NCBI RefSeq assembly: GCF_963676685.1
Contig: NC_092344.1
Coordinates: 103,168,001-103,232,000, forward strand
Reading direction: 5' to 3'
From: Mytilus edulis
Taxonomy: Eukaryota
DNA: 64,000 nucleotides
Below, one piece after another: positions 10,930-24,883 of the stretch. The position numbers and the translations under genes were made by a program. The notes beneath the pieces were generated by a model. The model made no database searches, was not told the DNA's origin, and saw only the letters and a list, made by a program, of their open reading frames with translations. Numbering within the stretch: the stretch's first letter is position 1; every line of letters starts with the position of its first letter.

Positions 10930-12547
10930 ATAGATAATCATAGGTCTGTTCTATGTTCCATTGGAATTTCAACCAAAGATGTTGAACTGGAACTTCAATC
11001 ACCGTATTGGATACCTAAACTACATAAGTGTCCTTACAAAAAATGTATGGGTCTATTCCAAGTGCTCCACAAAACCTCTTTTTAAATTATTAAAATCGAT
11101 TTTATCAGCAATCAAAGCCGGCATCCAAAGTTATTGTAAAACTGCCTATTCTAGAGGTGGCGTAAGTCAAATGTGGAAACTAAAAAATTCCAAAAGTTCT
11201 TTTGGAGTACAAACAATATAAAACTCTCTCATCTTGCAATAGTATTAAAACATTTGACTTTTCTACATTTTAAAGTATTCTCAAATCCAAACTAAAAGAC
11301 AAAGTGAAAGAGTTGGTTTTACTTTGTTTCATTAAAAAGCATGGCGAACGTAGACACAATTATCTCGTCTTTGGGATGGATAAATCCTACTTTGTAAAGA
11401 ATCACTCTGCTTCAAACAAAAAATTCTCCGAAACTGACATTATCAAGATGCTTGATTTCTTGTTTCACAATATATGTGTTTGAAGGACGTGTTTTTCAAC
11501 AGACTGTTGGAATTCCAATGGAAACCAATTGTGCCCCTCTTCTTGTCGACTTGTTTCTATATTATTATGAGCCTGACTTCATATAGGAACTTCTTAGGAA
11601 GAAAGATAAGAAGTTAGCAATATTTTTTAACTTTACATTCCGCTATATAGATGATATTCTGTCACTAAATTATACAAATTTGGTGACCATGTTTAACGAA
11701 TCAATCCAATCGAAATAGAGATAAAGGATACTACAGATACAGTTAGTATGTCTCATGTCTTGACTTACATCTAGAAATTGACAATGAGGGTCGGTTCAGA
11801 ACAAAACTTTACAAAAAATATATCTCCCAATTAATAGAGTTCCAAAGGATGAAGATGAAATCATCCCTTCGCAAATTTTACAGACACCATCACAAAGTTG
11901 TTAACCATTATGGAATAAAGGCAACAGAAGTATACCGTTTCACAGATGATATCGAATATGTTCCTGATGTCGTAACTACAATACCTTTCCCTTTTCACGA
12001 ATATGACCTACCGCATTACACTTTTTACGAGGATATCACCAGCCCAATAATGTGGTCATTTTTAATTATTTCCTGTTTTCAAAACTTTGAATTTTTCGGA
12101 TAACTAAGGATTTTCTTATCCCAGGCATAGATTACTTTAGCCTTATTTGGCACAACTTTTTGAAATTTTGGATCCTAAATGCTCTTCAATGTTGTACTTG
12201 TTTGGCTTTTAAATATTTTGATATGAGCGTCAGTAATGAGTCTTATGTAGACGAAACGCTCGTCTGGCGTACTAAATTATAATCCTGGTAACTATTTACC
12301 GAATTTGTAATAACATAAGCAACATGATGTGGAGCAGGATATGCCTACCTTCCGGAGCATCTGAGATCATCCCAAGTTTTTGGTCGGGTTCGTGTTGCTA
12401 AGTCTTTAGTTTTCTATGTTGTGTCTAGTTTTGTCTTCTGTGCTATTATTTGTCTGTTTGTTTTTTTTATTTTAAGGCATGGCGTTGTCAGTTTATTTTC
12501 AATCTATGAGTTTGACTGTCCCTCTGGTATCCTTCGTCCCTCTTTTT
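10930..12547 (+). mobile_element. Degenerate Penelope-like RT element (family B) with a nested retrozyme fragment
   Basis: YWIPKLHKCPYK, FDFST, GIPMETNCAPLLVDLFLYYYE and FRYIDD motifs with frameshifts; family B 3' tail to ~12547. Confidence 0.88.
12028..12290 (+). mobile_element. Partial retrozyme monomer with mutated hammerhead core
   Basis: Similar to the reverse complement of the 365-bp unit. Reads GCGTCA-GTAATGA-GTC-TTATGTA-GAC-GAAACGCTCGTC-TGGCGT, so CUGAUGA is mutated. Confidence 0.8.
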
Positions 12548-15500
12548 CAATGGATATTCATTTCAAAACTAGTTTATGTCCGCTCTTTTAACATACTTGT
12601 TGTTATATGGTGTTTTATACTAGTATTCATAAAGTTATATGTGTTATAGGTACGACCATAAATTATCCGATGACCTATTTGCTTTAGAGTTTTGTTGTTT
12701 AAACACATGTCTATGATTTGCACCAATATATCATTACCATTATCAATACCAATGAATAAACTGTTACTATTTCATTACGAATTTTTTGTGACACACACTT
12801 AACGTGTCATACCGTACTGTGTGCATTAAAATGACGTATAGATATTTCTTGACAATAATCGATAACCACACAGACTAAAATAAGATTTTCTAAACATAAA
12901 AAACTATGTAAAACTAAACACCATTTAGTAGCATCATGCGCACTATTCATATCTATCTTATTGTTAATTTCAAGCAAAATTTGAGGAGTAATTCGCAAGG
13001 CCTGTTTTAGAAAATGTTCCTTAATTTTGCGTAAACTTCTTAAATCTAATCTCAAATTAAAAGCTTTAATCTGTGGATATTCTAAATATAACAGTTAATG
13101 CACATATTTTACTGAACTCATATACCTCTTGATAGAGTCAACAGAAGAAAATCTACTAAGAAATGGTGCATTTATTGTCAAACCCTGAACTTCTACAGTG
13201 ACAGGATTTAGTTCAAAATATATACAAAACATAAAATATGATTCTTACTGATTTTTTATAAGTACTCTTCGCAAAAGCATTTGAAACGAATACACTACGA
13301 AGCTAGTTCAACAAAAAACTAACAGACAACAGAATGAAGTTTGCCAATTATTGACTCTCTTAAGGTAGCACAATACAGATTTGTTTACTTCCAATCACTA
13401 ACATTTGAAATGCTGTAACTTTCTTATGAATGCAAAGAATATAATAAAGAGGTATATATAGATAGATAAAAGATTAATCTTTTAAATGAATGCAATATTT
13501 TTATTATGCAATCATTATGTAATTAGTGGCAACATCTGGGTAAGTTCACTTGAATGAATTTAGCTCTATCATCTCTTTAACTATACAGAAAATCTTAACG
13601 AAATCTTAATCAACACATCATGGGCTTCAAAAAAGTGTCTCAGATTGTCTCTATGGTATTCCATTCTCTCATAAATCTCTAATTAGTGTAAACATCCTAA
13701 CCACATAAAAGAAGAAAATGTTTAATTAGGTGTAAAATTTGCTCTATACATTCTATCTGAGACATACTATAGAGTAAATTATCAAAAGGTTCTCCCTTAC
13801 AAAATCAATAGTCTGACAAAATTAAACTCAGAAACAAATCAAAAAGTCTAAGTATTTCAACATAAAATCAAATTCAAAAAAGTAAAAATTAAACTTAGTA
13901 ATAGTATAAATAAACAATTTACAATAGGGGAAATGTTTTATATCCAATAAAACGAGCGAAATAATCTAATGAGTAGATTTTCGTGCAAGAGTATGTACTA
14001 ACAAAATTTAGTTTGAACCAGTGTGATCACTGATGTGTAAAAATATGTTTCACTGCTTTGTTAATTTAATAATTTAATTCTTAAATTAAACCATTTAACA
14101 AAGATTTATCAAGAACTTCTACAAGGTGAACACATGTAACAACACTTTTGATTTTTCTACTAAATAAAACTTTACTTGAGTACTTTAACGGTCTTCATGA
14201 CGAGGTAATAGACCGTTACTAATTGCTGCTATCCCTGACAGACATAACCAATTGCGCAACAACAAATCTTCGTTGTTTTCAATAACTTGGTAAAAAAAAT
14301 TCTTATAGCGGAATTTATGTCGTACATTTACCAAACTTATTTATCTATTGCAAGTTATTTGTTCTGATGCGGACAAATCTCTGACGATTCTTGGTGAAGA
14401 ACCTTTCTGTTATCTGCAAAAATTCTATCCAACGATTCGTATAAATATGTTGAAAGTACCTATCGAGACCTCAGATTTTACCACAATGTGAATAATTATG
14501 TGAATCATTATGTACACAATTTTCCTTCGAAAATGCGAAACGATTCACTGCTGGCTTTTGCCATTGGTTAATAAGATTGATAAGATTTGCAAAATACTAA
14601 ATGCGTATTCTTCCAAAACACCCAATATCTCTCTCAGTGTAGGTTTCATTACCACTTTTATACCTATCTGGTCTTTTGTTCTAATTTCTTATTCGCGTCT
14701 AGCGTACCTAACTATTATCCTAGTTTGATTTTTTTTATTACCACTGAGTTAATGGCGACTCTCATGGATGTTTTGTCCTGATGTAATCACCAGGCCAGAA
14801 GTCTCCATTTCTGAAAGATTTTCTGTTGAATAAAAAATTTGATCCAACGGATTCCTGCGCAACATCTAATTCATATCACATTTTCTGTACCACATTCAAA
14901 ACCAAAACTTCCGATGCTACCAGTATATACCCTCTTCTTCCTATAAACGTTAAAGTAACTTCCTTTAAATTTGTCTTTGTCCTGAATTTGCAGGAGATAT
15001 TTCTTTTTTGATATAAATATCAAACTACGTGAAACATATAAGTATTGTGATGACCTCAAAACTCATTATATAAAAATTCACTGACCTTTTTGTTGTCATA
15101 TTGGCCTGGAAAATGACTTTTTGTGATTCATAGATCCCCCCCCCCCCTTTGTATTATATCCATAGATAATACTTATGTATCGGAATACAGTGTTTAACAA
15201 GAAAGAAAAAAATCACAACCTCTACAGTTTTAAAAAGTGTGTTACTGTTTACAAGACATATCTTTTTAAAAGTTCTTAAAATAAGATATACGTACGGATG
15301 CTATATGCTAAGGCTCCATATTTTCGGATGCATGCTTTGTGTTGTTGTACCATAAAAGGTATTGGTTTTATCATTAGAAACCTTATTTTAAAATATTCTT
15401 ATCTATAATAGAAAACATCATTACCTTTCAACATATATTTGTTTAGGGATCACAAACTACAGGACTATGGTTTTCTGTTAGAGCCAGGATTATCATAGTA

Positions 15501-15699
15501 TATATATAATCGATAATCTGCCAATAACCTAAAATTAATTGTTTAAAAATATTTAGAAACACTATGATACACCTGAATAAACATTTGCAATACAACTTTG
15601 TATCTTCCTTTTTGTTGTTTTTAAACATACAAGCTGAATAAATCAAACGAAAACAGCAGTACTTGTCCATTTCTAGATTATGATATTTCAATTTCTAGA

Positions 15700-15990
15700 G
15701 GGAAACTATATACTAAAATTCACGATAAAAGAGACGATACTTCATTCCCTATTGTATTTTTTCCTTTTTAGAGGGCGATGTTCCTTTGGATCCATCGTAC
15801 GGTGTGTATATTTCCCAACTCTTTCGTTATGTCTATGCATGTAGTGATGCCATAGATTTTAACGAACTTACTCCACGCATCATTGATAAAGTATTTAGTA
15901 AGAGATTCGTAAATACAAATAACTTAAAATTATTACTAAATTTCTTCATAGACAGACAAATTTGGTTACTAGTAGTATTTGGCAATTACT
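15700..15990 (+). mobile_element. Short Penelope-like RT C-terminal fragment
   Basis: TKIHDKRDD...GDVPLDPSYGVYISQLFRY. Confidence 0.75.
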
Positions 15991-16994
15991 TACTAATCTT
16001 ATTAAAACATTATATCATATTTTTGGTATTTTTTAAAAATTGGTATGATTGACAATATGTTAGCTATCAACAGATTTCAAATGACGTGGATGAAGGCAAT
16101 TATAGGCTATTAAACGGCCTTCATCAATGGAAAAATCATTACCGCATAGTAAGCTTAAAGGATTGACATAAAAAATGTGCAACAACTAAAACGAGAACAC
16201 TTACAGCCTATTTATAACAATACAAATTTAAAAAAAAAAAAACAATATGCCAAAAAAGAAGTATCGACAACCAATGAATTAAATGCTCCTGCTTTTGGAT
16301 GGGCACATTCTTAGTTGGGCCGTACAGTGGTATTTACAATCCAGAACAATTGAGACACACCTTACAAGTTATTCCACGTACATTGTGACCATGCTTTCTA
16401 AATGATGTCACATATTTTATTTCTGTGTTCCATGTTTTTTTTATCATTATGCTGCAAGTGTTTGTTTTTACGTGTATTTACGTTTGATGTCAAATTGTCT
16501 CGATAAAAGCAACATTTTGGGAGATTCTGCTATAACTTTCATGATTTGCCATATTTTTTCTACATTTTATGTTTTTGATACAATCAAATGTCATTACATC
16601 ATGCACATATAATGCCTAAATAACATTGTTTTTAACACAATTTAAAAAAGAAATGGTAGTGTTTTTTTATAGCGTCTTATACGTTCTTCGTTCTCTTTAA
16701 CATATATCATCATTATCAAGTTACAATCAACGATCATGTGGACTTATATCAAAATGTATATCTTTATGCATTCAAAACATACGTTTAAAGACCACGTTCA
16801 AATATTAAAGATTTAACATTAAACAATGGACACATTAATGTGTAATTACTGATTTAATCATACAATGTTATGGCGTACAAGGAAGACATCCTGGTACATA
16901 CGTTTGCATCAACGTGGGGATTTACTCTATCTTTGAATATTTAAATGGAACTGAAAAAATAAAAACTGAACATAATAAAGATAGATCTACTGCG

Positions 16995-17309
16995 ATGAAT
17001 GAGCCTCCACAGTGTGTGGTTGCCATAGATATAGGAAGTTCCGGGTGTGGATATGCATTCTCTGCAGACTACACTTTTTGTAACAATCCGTGTGATGTGT
17101 CAACTTATAGATGGTTTGCAGAAGTTGGTAAATTTACATCTCTGAAAACTCCTGCAGCCATTCTATTCGACTCAAAACAAGAGTTTGTTTCTTTTGGCTA
17201 CAATGCACAGGAAAAATATATCACCATACTGGAATCCAGTGATAAAAACAATTGGTATTACATAGAAGGTTTCAAAATGGCATTGTATTCTGCAGTTGAA
17301 TCCGGAGAG
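16995..17309 (+). CDS. HSPA12: HSPA12-like gene 2, coding exon 1
   Basis: MNEPPQCVVAIDIGSSGCGYAFS...LKTPAAILFD...FKMALY...SGE|gtaaat; 315 nt. Start inferred from alignment with gene 1. Confidence 0.9.
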
Positions 17310-17669
17310 GTAAATGTTATTGAAATGTAAAGATGAACAACACCTTACAGACAAATCTAACATGTTTCATTTTTCATATGTTCAATACGAAACACACATT
17401 ATACACATTCCTTAATAAATGAATTGCCGTACGGTAAATGACATATACCTTTACATGTACGCGGTTTAATTGAACTAACAATTACAAAAAACTAAATATA
17501 TTCATCTTAAAGTAACAGTAGAAGGTTTTGATCAAAAAGGTGGAATTGTTTTATCAGATACAACAGTTATAATTCACACGTCCTTTGTTTGATTCTATAA
17601 ATATTAGTTTTGTTTTTGTGACATAATACATGTAGAGGTTAGTGGAAGTATTCGAAAAATAAGTGCAAA

Positions 17670-17892
17670 TAGATATAGGAAGATGTGGTGTGAGTGCCAA
17701 TGAGACAACTCTCCATACAAATAACAATTTAAAAAGTAAACCATTATAGGTTAAAGTACGGCCTTCAACACGGAGCCTTAGCTCACACCGAACAACAAGC
17801 TATAAAGGGCCCCAAAATTACTAGTGTAAAACCATTCAAACGGGAAAACCAACGGTCTAATCTATATTAACAAAACGAGAAACGAGAAACAA
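17670..17892 (-). repeat. Dispersed retroelement-like 3' tail (family C)
   Basis: Ends GAGAGTTGTCTCATTGGCACTCACACCACATCTTCC. The same terminus recurs as short copies near 4720, 6110, 38145, 45165 and 53130. Confidence 0.6.
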
Positions 17893-17925
17893 GTTTTAAT
17901 ATGAGTTTGCTCATTTCTTTTGCAG

Positions 17926-18144
17926 GATATTAGAGACGACTTTAGTATAAAAGAGATGAGTGGTAAGGCAGTGTCAGCTAAAACGGTATTTTCCTCTGCT
18001 ATCAAATACTTTTATGACCATTTTTTGACAGAAGTGCAGGAAAACAATCTTGGTTTTCAGAGAGAAAAAATACATTGGATTATATCCGTACCTGCTATAT
18101 GGACAGATTCATGTAAACAGTTCATGCGAGAATCAGCGATAATG
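17926..18144 (+). CDS. HSPA12: HSPA12-like gene 2, coding exon 2
   Basis: ttttgcag|GATATT...ATAATG|gtcagt; 219 nt; HWIISVPAIWTDSCKQFMRESA. Confidence 0.94.
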
Positions 18145-19414
18145 GTCAGTAACATAATGTGTTTTCTTTTGCAACTTTATTTACTACAACGATTTATACC
18201 ATTAAAGCAAAATAAATTTTCAAGCTAATTAAAACAATTTTACAATCCTTTCAACTCACTTGCTGTAATAATTACTAAGTTTGTACTGTTTCAGTGTAAA
18301 TCAATCTGGCATAGATCAACGCTGCGTTTGTTTGAAAACCAAATTATTTAATTTGAAGAGAACCAATCTGATTTGATTTTTTTTTTATTTCCCTCAATTA
18401 TTTGTCCCTTGAAGTTACCAGACCATTTTGACACAAATCTGTACGGGTAAGTCAAAATTCTCGAATATAAACAAAACAAACAAAAGCGTTATAAATATAT
18501 AAATACCTCTGCAAACGTTTGATTTATTTATGCGATGAAAGAAAAGTAGACCTTTTATATTAGAAGTTAAGGCAATCCAAAAATGACAATTTTGATTTTA
18601 TCAGAGGTACACCATAACTGGTAAATACAAATTTGAATTGAAATCCAATCATTCACAAACAAATATTGGTAAAACCCTGTGGAAGAGTTTACATTCACAT
18701 GACAACTGCCGGAAAACAAAAAAAGGAAACAATTACAGTTATCTTTCTTAATCCGTTATTGTATTTTTTGTTATGCATTTATTGCAAAACTTTAAGTTGG
18801 GTTTGTAAATAGCTGATACACATACGAATTTTGTATTAACTACTTTTTATTAATCTGGATTTCGATAGTACAACCTCTCTTTTTACGTGATCGAATTATT
18901 TTACCACATATGGTTCTTCTTATTTAATACCTGAAATATTTAGAGTACAAACACAAACATTTTACAACCAAGCAGCATACATCGTAATGCCCTACCAACT
19001 CATCAAATTTGTATTCTATCTAGTAGACCACTTTCTTTCTAGTAAATGTCTACTTTGTTGGAAATGTTGTTTTGAACGTCCCTTCAGTATCTTTTGTCCC
19101 TCTTTTTTTTATTGGGGCAAGTATTGTTCTTACCAAAAGAGAATTCTCCTCAGTAGAAACAAAGTAAATAAAAAATAAAACCACAAAAATACTGAACTCC
19201 GCGGAAAATTCAAAATGAAAAGTCCCTAATTAAATAAAAGCAACTAATATTAACTCATTTTAAAACTCTGTCAGTGATTGTACTTTCCGTTGACAAGCAT
19301 TGTTCAACCTTCATGCTTTTATTAAAGCCCAAATGTTATAAATCTTTTTTTCATGTTTTAAGATGACATTATTCTCCGGTTTTACACAAATCTTTTCTTT
19401 TTTTGCATGTATAG

Positions 19415-19574
19415 GCAGGTATACCGGGAAAACAATTTTCACTTGTTTATGAACCAGAAGCAGCCTCTATCTATGCTAGGTTTCTACAGATTAATAAAGT
19501 TGACGCCGGACAAAATCAAACTATTCTAAAGACGTTCCAACCAGGAACCAAATTACTCGTTGTAGATGCTGGTG
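19415..19574 (+). CDS. HSPA12: HSPA12-like gene 2, coding exon 3 (absent from the ORF track)
   Basis: atag|GCAGGT...GCTGGTG|gtaagt; 160 nt; AGIPGKQFSLVYEPEAASIYARF...KLLVVDAGG. Confidence 0.94.
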
Positions 19575-20488
19575 GTAAGTAAGCCCATCAATATTGAATA
19601 TAAAATTAATGTTTCTATAAAACAGATGTGAATTGGAAAAACTTTGGATATATACTGACAAAAACAGTTTATATTTCAATGGAAACCAAATCAGCTCTTC
19701 TTTAAACTATTTCACTGAGACTGAATATCTGGGCTTGTAAAATAAACTTTTTAGTAACCTACACTATATATGTATGGGGTTATACATCTAAGGCTTAGTT
19801 AATACTTTAACTCCACTGCTTCATAACGTTTCCTATTAGGATTTCCTGAATAAAAGGTTGATACTGACAAGGACGGGTGTGAATGGTTAGGGTGACGTCA
19901 TATCTAAGGACGTTTTATGGATGACATCATGATTTATTTACTTGTCACGTATAATTAATGTAACTGATGACAACATTTGCATGAACAACAGTTATAGTTA
20001 TTATTTCAACGTTTATTAACTCCTTGAATGTAACTAATTGATAATTATTGATAGCTTTTATACTTTCACTTGATTAATATGACCTAGCTCACAGTGGAAG
20101 AGAACCTGCTAACCTTTTCAGAACATACAAGGTACACTCCGTAGTCTGATGAAGTTCATGATGGTCAATGTTACTGTACTTTTCAATGTAATGTTCTCAT
20201 GTTGTTTGTCGTTTTGCCATGGTTAGCCGGTCTTTCTTGACATCATACAGTTATTTTCTACTTGGTATCTTTTCACTTTATCACCTTGTATTTTCTAATG
20301 ATGATAGATTTAATGGTAAACTGCAGACTTGAGTTTCAGTAGAGTTGAATTCATGTAAGGATATCCAATCTTTTGTAACTGATATTTTAATCATGATACA
20401 CATGGTATGCAATCTAAATAGATAATTAATTAATTCAATTGTGTACGTTTTCTGTTATTATTATTATTTATCTAGTTTTATATTTTAG

Positions 20489-21645
20489 GTGGAACAGTTG
20501 ATATATCTGCGCAACAGGTGCTGGATGGAAATGATCTGAAAATAATACACAAAGTCAGAGGAGGAGACTACGGTGGTAATACGGTCAATATGGCGTTCAG
20601 GCAAATGTTATTTCGACTGTTCTCAGGCCCAAGTCTATTAAAATTTAAGAAAGAATATCCAATAGATTATATGGAAATGATGAGGTCTTTTGAGAGAACA
20701 AAAATCAGACCAATAAAACCAGACGACAAAACTGTTTCTACAATGATAGCAGCTCCACTGCTAGAAATCAGCGAGGAAGACAGTGAATGCAATATTCATG
20801 AAATCATCAATAGTTCACAGTACGCCGGTGAACTTCGCGTCAAGAGGGATAAACTTTTAATAAATCTTACACTTTTTAAAGAATTTTTCGAGCATTCATT
20901 AAATGAATTAGTGATTGACATGCAAGAGGTTCTTGAGCACAAAAGATGTGCTGATGTATCGGCAGTTATGTTAGTTGGTGGTTTTGCAGAATGTGAATTA
21001 CTTAGAAAAACTGTAACACAAACATTCCCACAAAAAGAGGTTTTTGTACCGCATGAAGGTGGTCTATCGGTTCTTAGGGGTGCGGTTATTTACGGACATA
21101 CACCACAAATCGTATCATCTCGTATCTGTAATTATACATATGGTATTGCAGTGAGTAAACCATTTAAAGCCGACGTCATGCCTATGGACAAATGCTATGA
21201 ACACGATGGAGAACTGTGGTGTCGCGATATGTTTGAAGTCAGTTATAAAATTGACACCGTTGTCAATATCGGCGATAAAAAACAAATAGAACTGAATGAT
21301 ACTTTTCTTAAACCTGAAGTCCAACATAGGAGGGAGGAGCCACTCAGAGTTGACATCGTTATATCAGACAAAGAAGATCCAACATTTATTACAGATGAAG
21401 GTTGTAGGAAGCATGCAATGATAATAGTCCAGCCACCTAAAGGTCAGTGGCCACAGATAGTCCGTGGTTACGTCGAATTTGAAATAGCAGGAACAGAAAT
21501 GATAGGTTCTTACATTAATAGTGAAACCAATGATAGAACCTCGATAATAATTGAGTTCCTTCCGCGAATAGAGCACAGAGTCGGTAATGATAGTGAAAGA
21601 CGACGCGTATTTGATCCTGATAGAATTGACACGGACAACGAATAG
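20489..21645 (+). CDS. HSPA12: HSPA12-like gene 2, coding exon 4 (terminal)
   Basis: ttttag|GTGGAACAGTTGAT completes DAGGGTVD; MLVGGFAEC; GAVIYGH; stop TAG. Joined CDS is 1851 nt = 616 aa + stop. AATAAA at 21688-21693. Confidence 0.95.
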
Positions 21646-22767
21646 AATGCGATCTTACATTATAATTTGTAATCGATAACTTCAAAAAATAAAATATTTG
21701 TAAAATAGGATCTGGACAATAGATTTGATTTTTTTTAAGCAAAGTGTGAATGTATTTTTCGTGTCGGTTTGGATTGCTGTATATACCTAATCTCCAGTAA
21801 CTCGTATACATTTAGACTTTTGTTTTGTGATATGTTATAACCACGTATAGTACCTTCTGTTCTACCAATCATTCATACAACAAAAATATAGCAGGAAATA
21901 CAAAAACATATAAAACAGTGAGGCGAAAAAATATTTCAACTCATGAACTAAAACAAACCGACAATGCCATGGCAAAAATAAGAACAACAAAAAAACAAAC
22001 AACATTACGAAAAAAATCCAATAGAAAACTAAAGAATGATCAACACGAACCTCACTATCACAGCATATCCTGCCTCCACATGTGACACCCATCAAACAGC
22101 ACTGCAATCACTTGCAACAACTAACAACCAACTCGTGCAATCATGAACAAAATAGAGAGCAAGAAATATAAGAAGATTACATAATCATGAGACAGTAATA
22201 TAAGAATCATTTTCATAACAGCGTTGACAAGACGATTTCTTGGCACGCTCAGGTTATCAATTGACTTGGTCAAATTAGGTAAACATTAGTCGGTAACGCC
22301 CACCTTGTCTTATCGTACGTGTTATAGACATTTAAACTGTGGGTTGCCAAAGGTTCTACACGCCTAAATCAAATCATACGAATAACTAGCAGAGGACTAA
22401 AAGTTGTGTGTTGATTTAAATGTTGAATACTTAAATTATTTTTTTCTACTCGTGCATGTACTTTACTCTTTTATTCTATTCAATTCCCCACTGGAAAACC
22501 TCTGACAGACTGGTTAATAAAACCTCAATCCCACAACACACTTAACATAGTTTAAGGAAACATAGGTATTATAACAAGTCTTTACCAGTTTAAAAAATAT
22601 TTTAGATAACAATGAGTCATCATAGGTCGTATTTTATATGAAACTCTTGTGTAATGTTTAGTCTTCAACAACAGTCCATACGTGTACATGTTTTCGTCTA
22701 CATTTTCTAACTTGGCAATGATTATTCTGTACAAATGGTAAGCGAGATCAGTAAAAGGTTTTTTGAG

Positions 22768-24252
22768 TGTTACAGTAAACTCAAATGAAATACGGTGGTA
22801 TTCTTATGTCTAAACATGTGTCTGTTACAGTAAAATAAAATGAAATACGGTGGTATTCTTATGTCTAAACATGTGTCAGTTACAGTAAAATCAAATGAAA
22901 TACGGTGGTATTCTTATGTCTAAACATGTGTCTGTTACAGTAAAATCATATGATATACGGTGGTTTTCTTATGTCTAAACATGTGTCAATGACAAATAAA
23001 TATGGTGGTATTCTTATGTCTAAACATGTGTCAGTTACAGTAAAATCACATGAAATACGATGGTATTCTTATGTCTAAACATGTGTCAATGAAAAAAAAT
23101 AAATACGGTGGTATTCTTATGTCTAACAATGTGTCAGTTACAGTATAATCAAATGAAATACGATGGTATTCTTATGTCTAAACATGTGTCTGTTACAGTA
23201 AAATAAAATGAAATAAGGTGGTATTCTTATGTCTAAACATGTGTCAGTTACAGTAAAATCAAATGAAATACGGTGGTATTCTTATGTCTAAACATGTGTC
23301 TGTTACAGTAAAATCATATGATATACGGTGGTTTTCTTATGTCTAAACATGTGTCAATGACAAATAAATACGGTGGTATTCTTATGTCTAAACATGTGTC
23401 AGTTACAGTAAAATCAAATGAAATACGGTGGTATTCTTATGTCTAAACATGTGTCTGTTACAGTTTAATCAAATGAAATACGGTGGTATTCTTATGTCTA
23501 AACATGTGTCTGTTACAGTAAGTTCAAATGAAATACGATGGTATTCTTATGTCTAAACATGTGTCAATGACAAATAAATACGGTGGTATTCTTAGGTCTA
23601 AACATGTGTTAGTTACAGTGAAATCAAATGAAATACGATGGTATTCTTATGTCTAAACATGTGTCAATGACAAATAAATACGGTGGTATTCTTATGTCTA
23701 AACATGTGTCTGTTACAGTAAAATCAAATGAAATACGATGGTATTCTTATGTTTAAACATGTGTCTGTTACAGTAAAATCAAATGAAATACGGTGGTATT
23801 CTTATGTCTTAACATGTGTCAATGACAAATAAATACGGTGGTATTCTTATGTCTAAACATGTGTCAGTTACAGTAAAATCAAATGAAATACGATGGTATT
23901 CTTATGTCTAAACATGTGTCTGTTACAGTTAAATCAAATGAAATACGATGGTATTCTTATGTCTAAACATGTGTCAATGACAAATAAATACGGTGGTATT
24001 CTTATGTCTAAACATGTGTCTGTTACAGTAAAATCAAATGAAATACGATGGTATTCTTATGTCTAAACATGTGTCTGTTACAGTAAAATCAAATGAAATA
24101 CGGTGGTATTCTTATGTCTAAACATGTGTCTGTTACAGTAAACTCAAATGATATACGGTGGTATTCTTATGTCTAACCATGTGTCTGTTACAGCAAAATC
24201 AAATGAACTACGGTGGTATTCTTATTATTAAACATGTGTCAGTGACAAATAA
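22768..24252. repeat. Minisatellite: 28 copies of a 32-bp core with two alternative linkers (55-bp and 45-bp units)
   Basis: Core TACGGTGGTATTCTTATGTCTAAACATGTGTC followed by TGTTACAGTAAAATCAAATGAAA (L) or AATGACAAATAAA (S). Confidence 0.97.
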
Positions 24253-24883
24253 TTCAATCTTCACGTTTAAAAACATCTGAAAAAGCTATAAAAATGCCTT
24301 TTTCATTTCCCAAACCGTGTCAAAAGATACATTCTTGTCCATTGGTCTTTGGGGGATAGTTGTCTAATTGACAATCCTTTCACATTGACAAATATCTATA
24401 TTTTAATAAGATACATTTTACGTCGTTATACAAAGAACTGAATATAACATCACAAATAGAATACACGAATTAAATGGTCGTCTAAAAAGTATACATGTAC
24501 AAAATGACTGACGAATAGTTCAATACAATATTATAATTTGGTTTACTTGCTTTCGATGTTTGTTTCTTATTGCCACTTTATGACACACACTAACAAATAA
24601 TAATTGAGGGGATGGAGAAAACGAAGATAAATAAAATTAAGAATGGAAATTGGGAATTTACCTATAAGACAATAACCCAATAAAGAGCAGAAAAACAGCA
24701 CAGAGAACATTTTGCGGATACTATTATTTGATGGAGGCGTAAATAATGAAAAAGTTTAGTATTATACATAGAATAAATAACATCTGGAAAGTAAACACAA
24801 CCGAAGAAAAAGGAGAAAGAAAAATGAGCAAATAAGTCTACTATGTTGTATAACAAACAGAGAGACAAAAGATACCAAAGCAA

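Noticed and set aside
13360-15060. Kolobok-like element starting TTAA|GGTAGCACAATAC, and a possible LINE ORF1 relic (…TRIIVRYARRE, minus strand ~14690-14770)
   Set aside because: Only a poor candidate right end (GTATTGTGATGACC, ~15042) and a short stop-interrupted peptide resemblance; not enough to call.
16914-16994. N-terminal extension of gene 2 given by the ORF track
   Set aside because: Starts at GTG and has no counterpart in gene 1; the ATG at 16995 aligns with the paralogue.
22768-24252. CRISPR array
   Set aside because: The linkers are two recurring sequences rather than unique spacers, there are no cas genes, and the context is eukaryotic.
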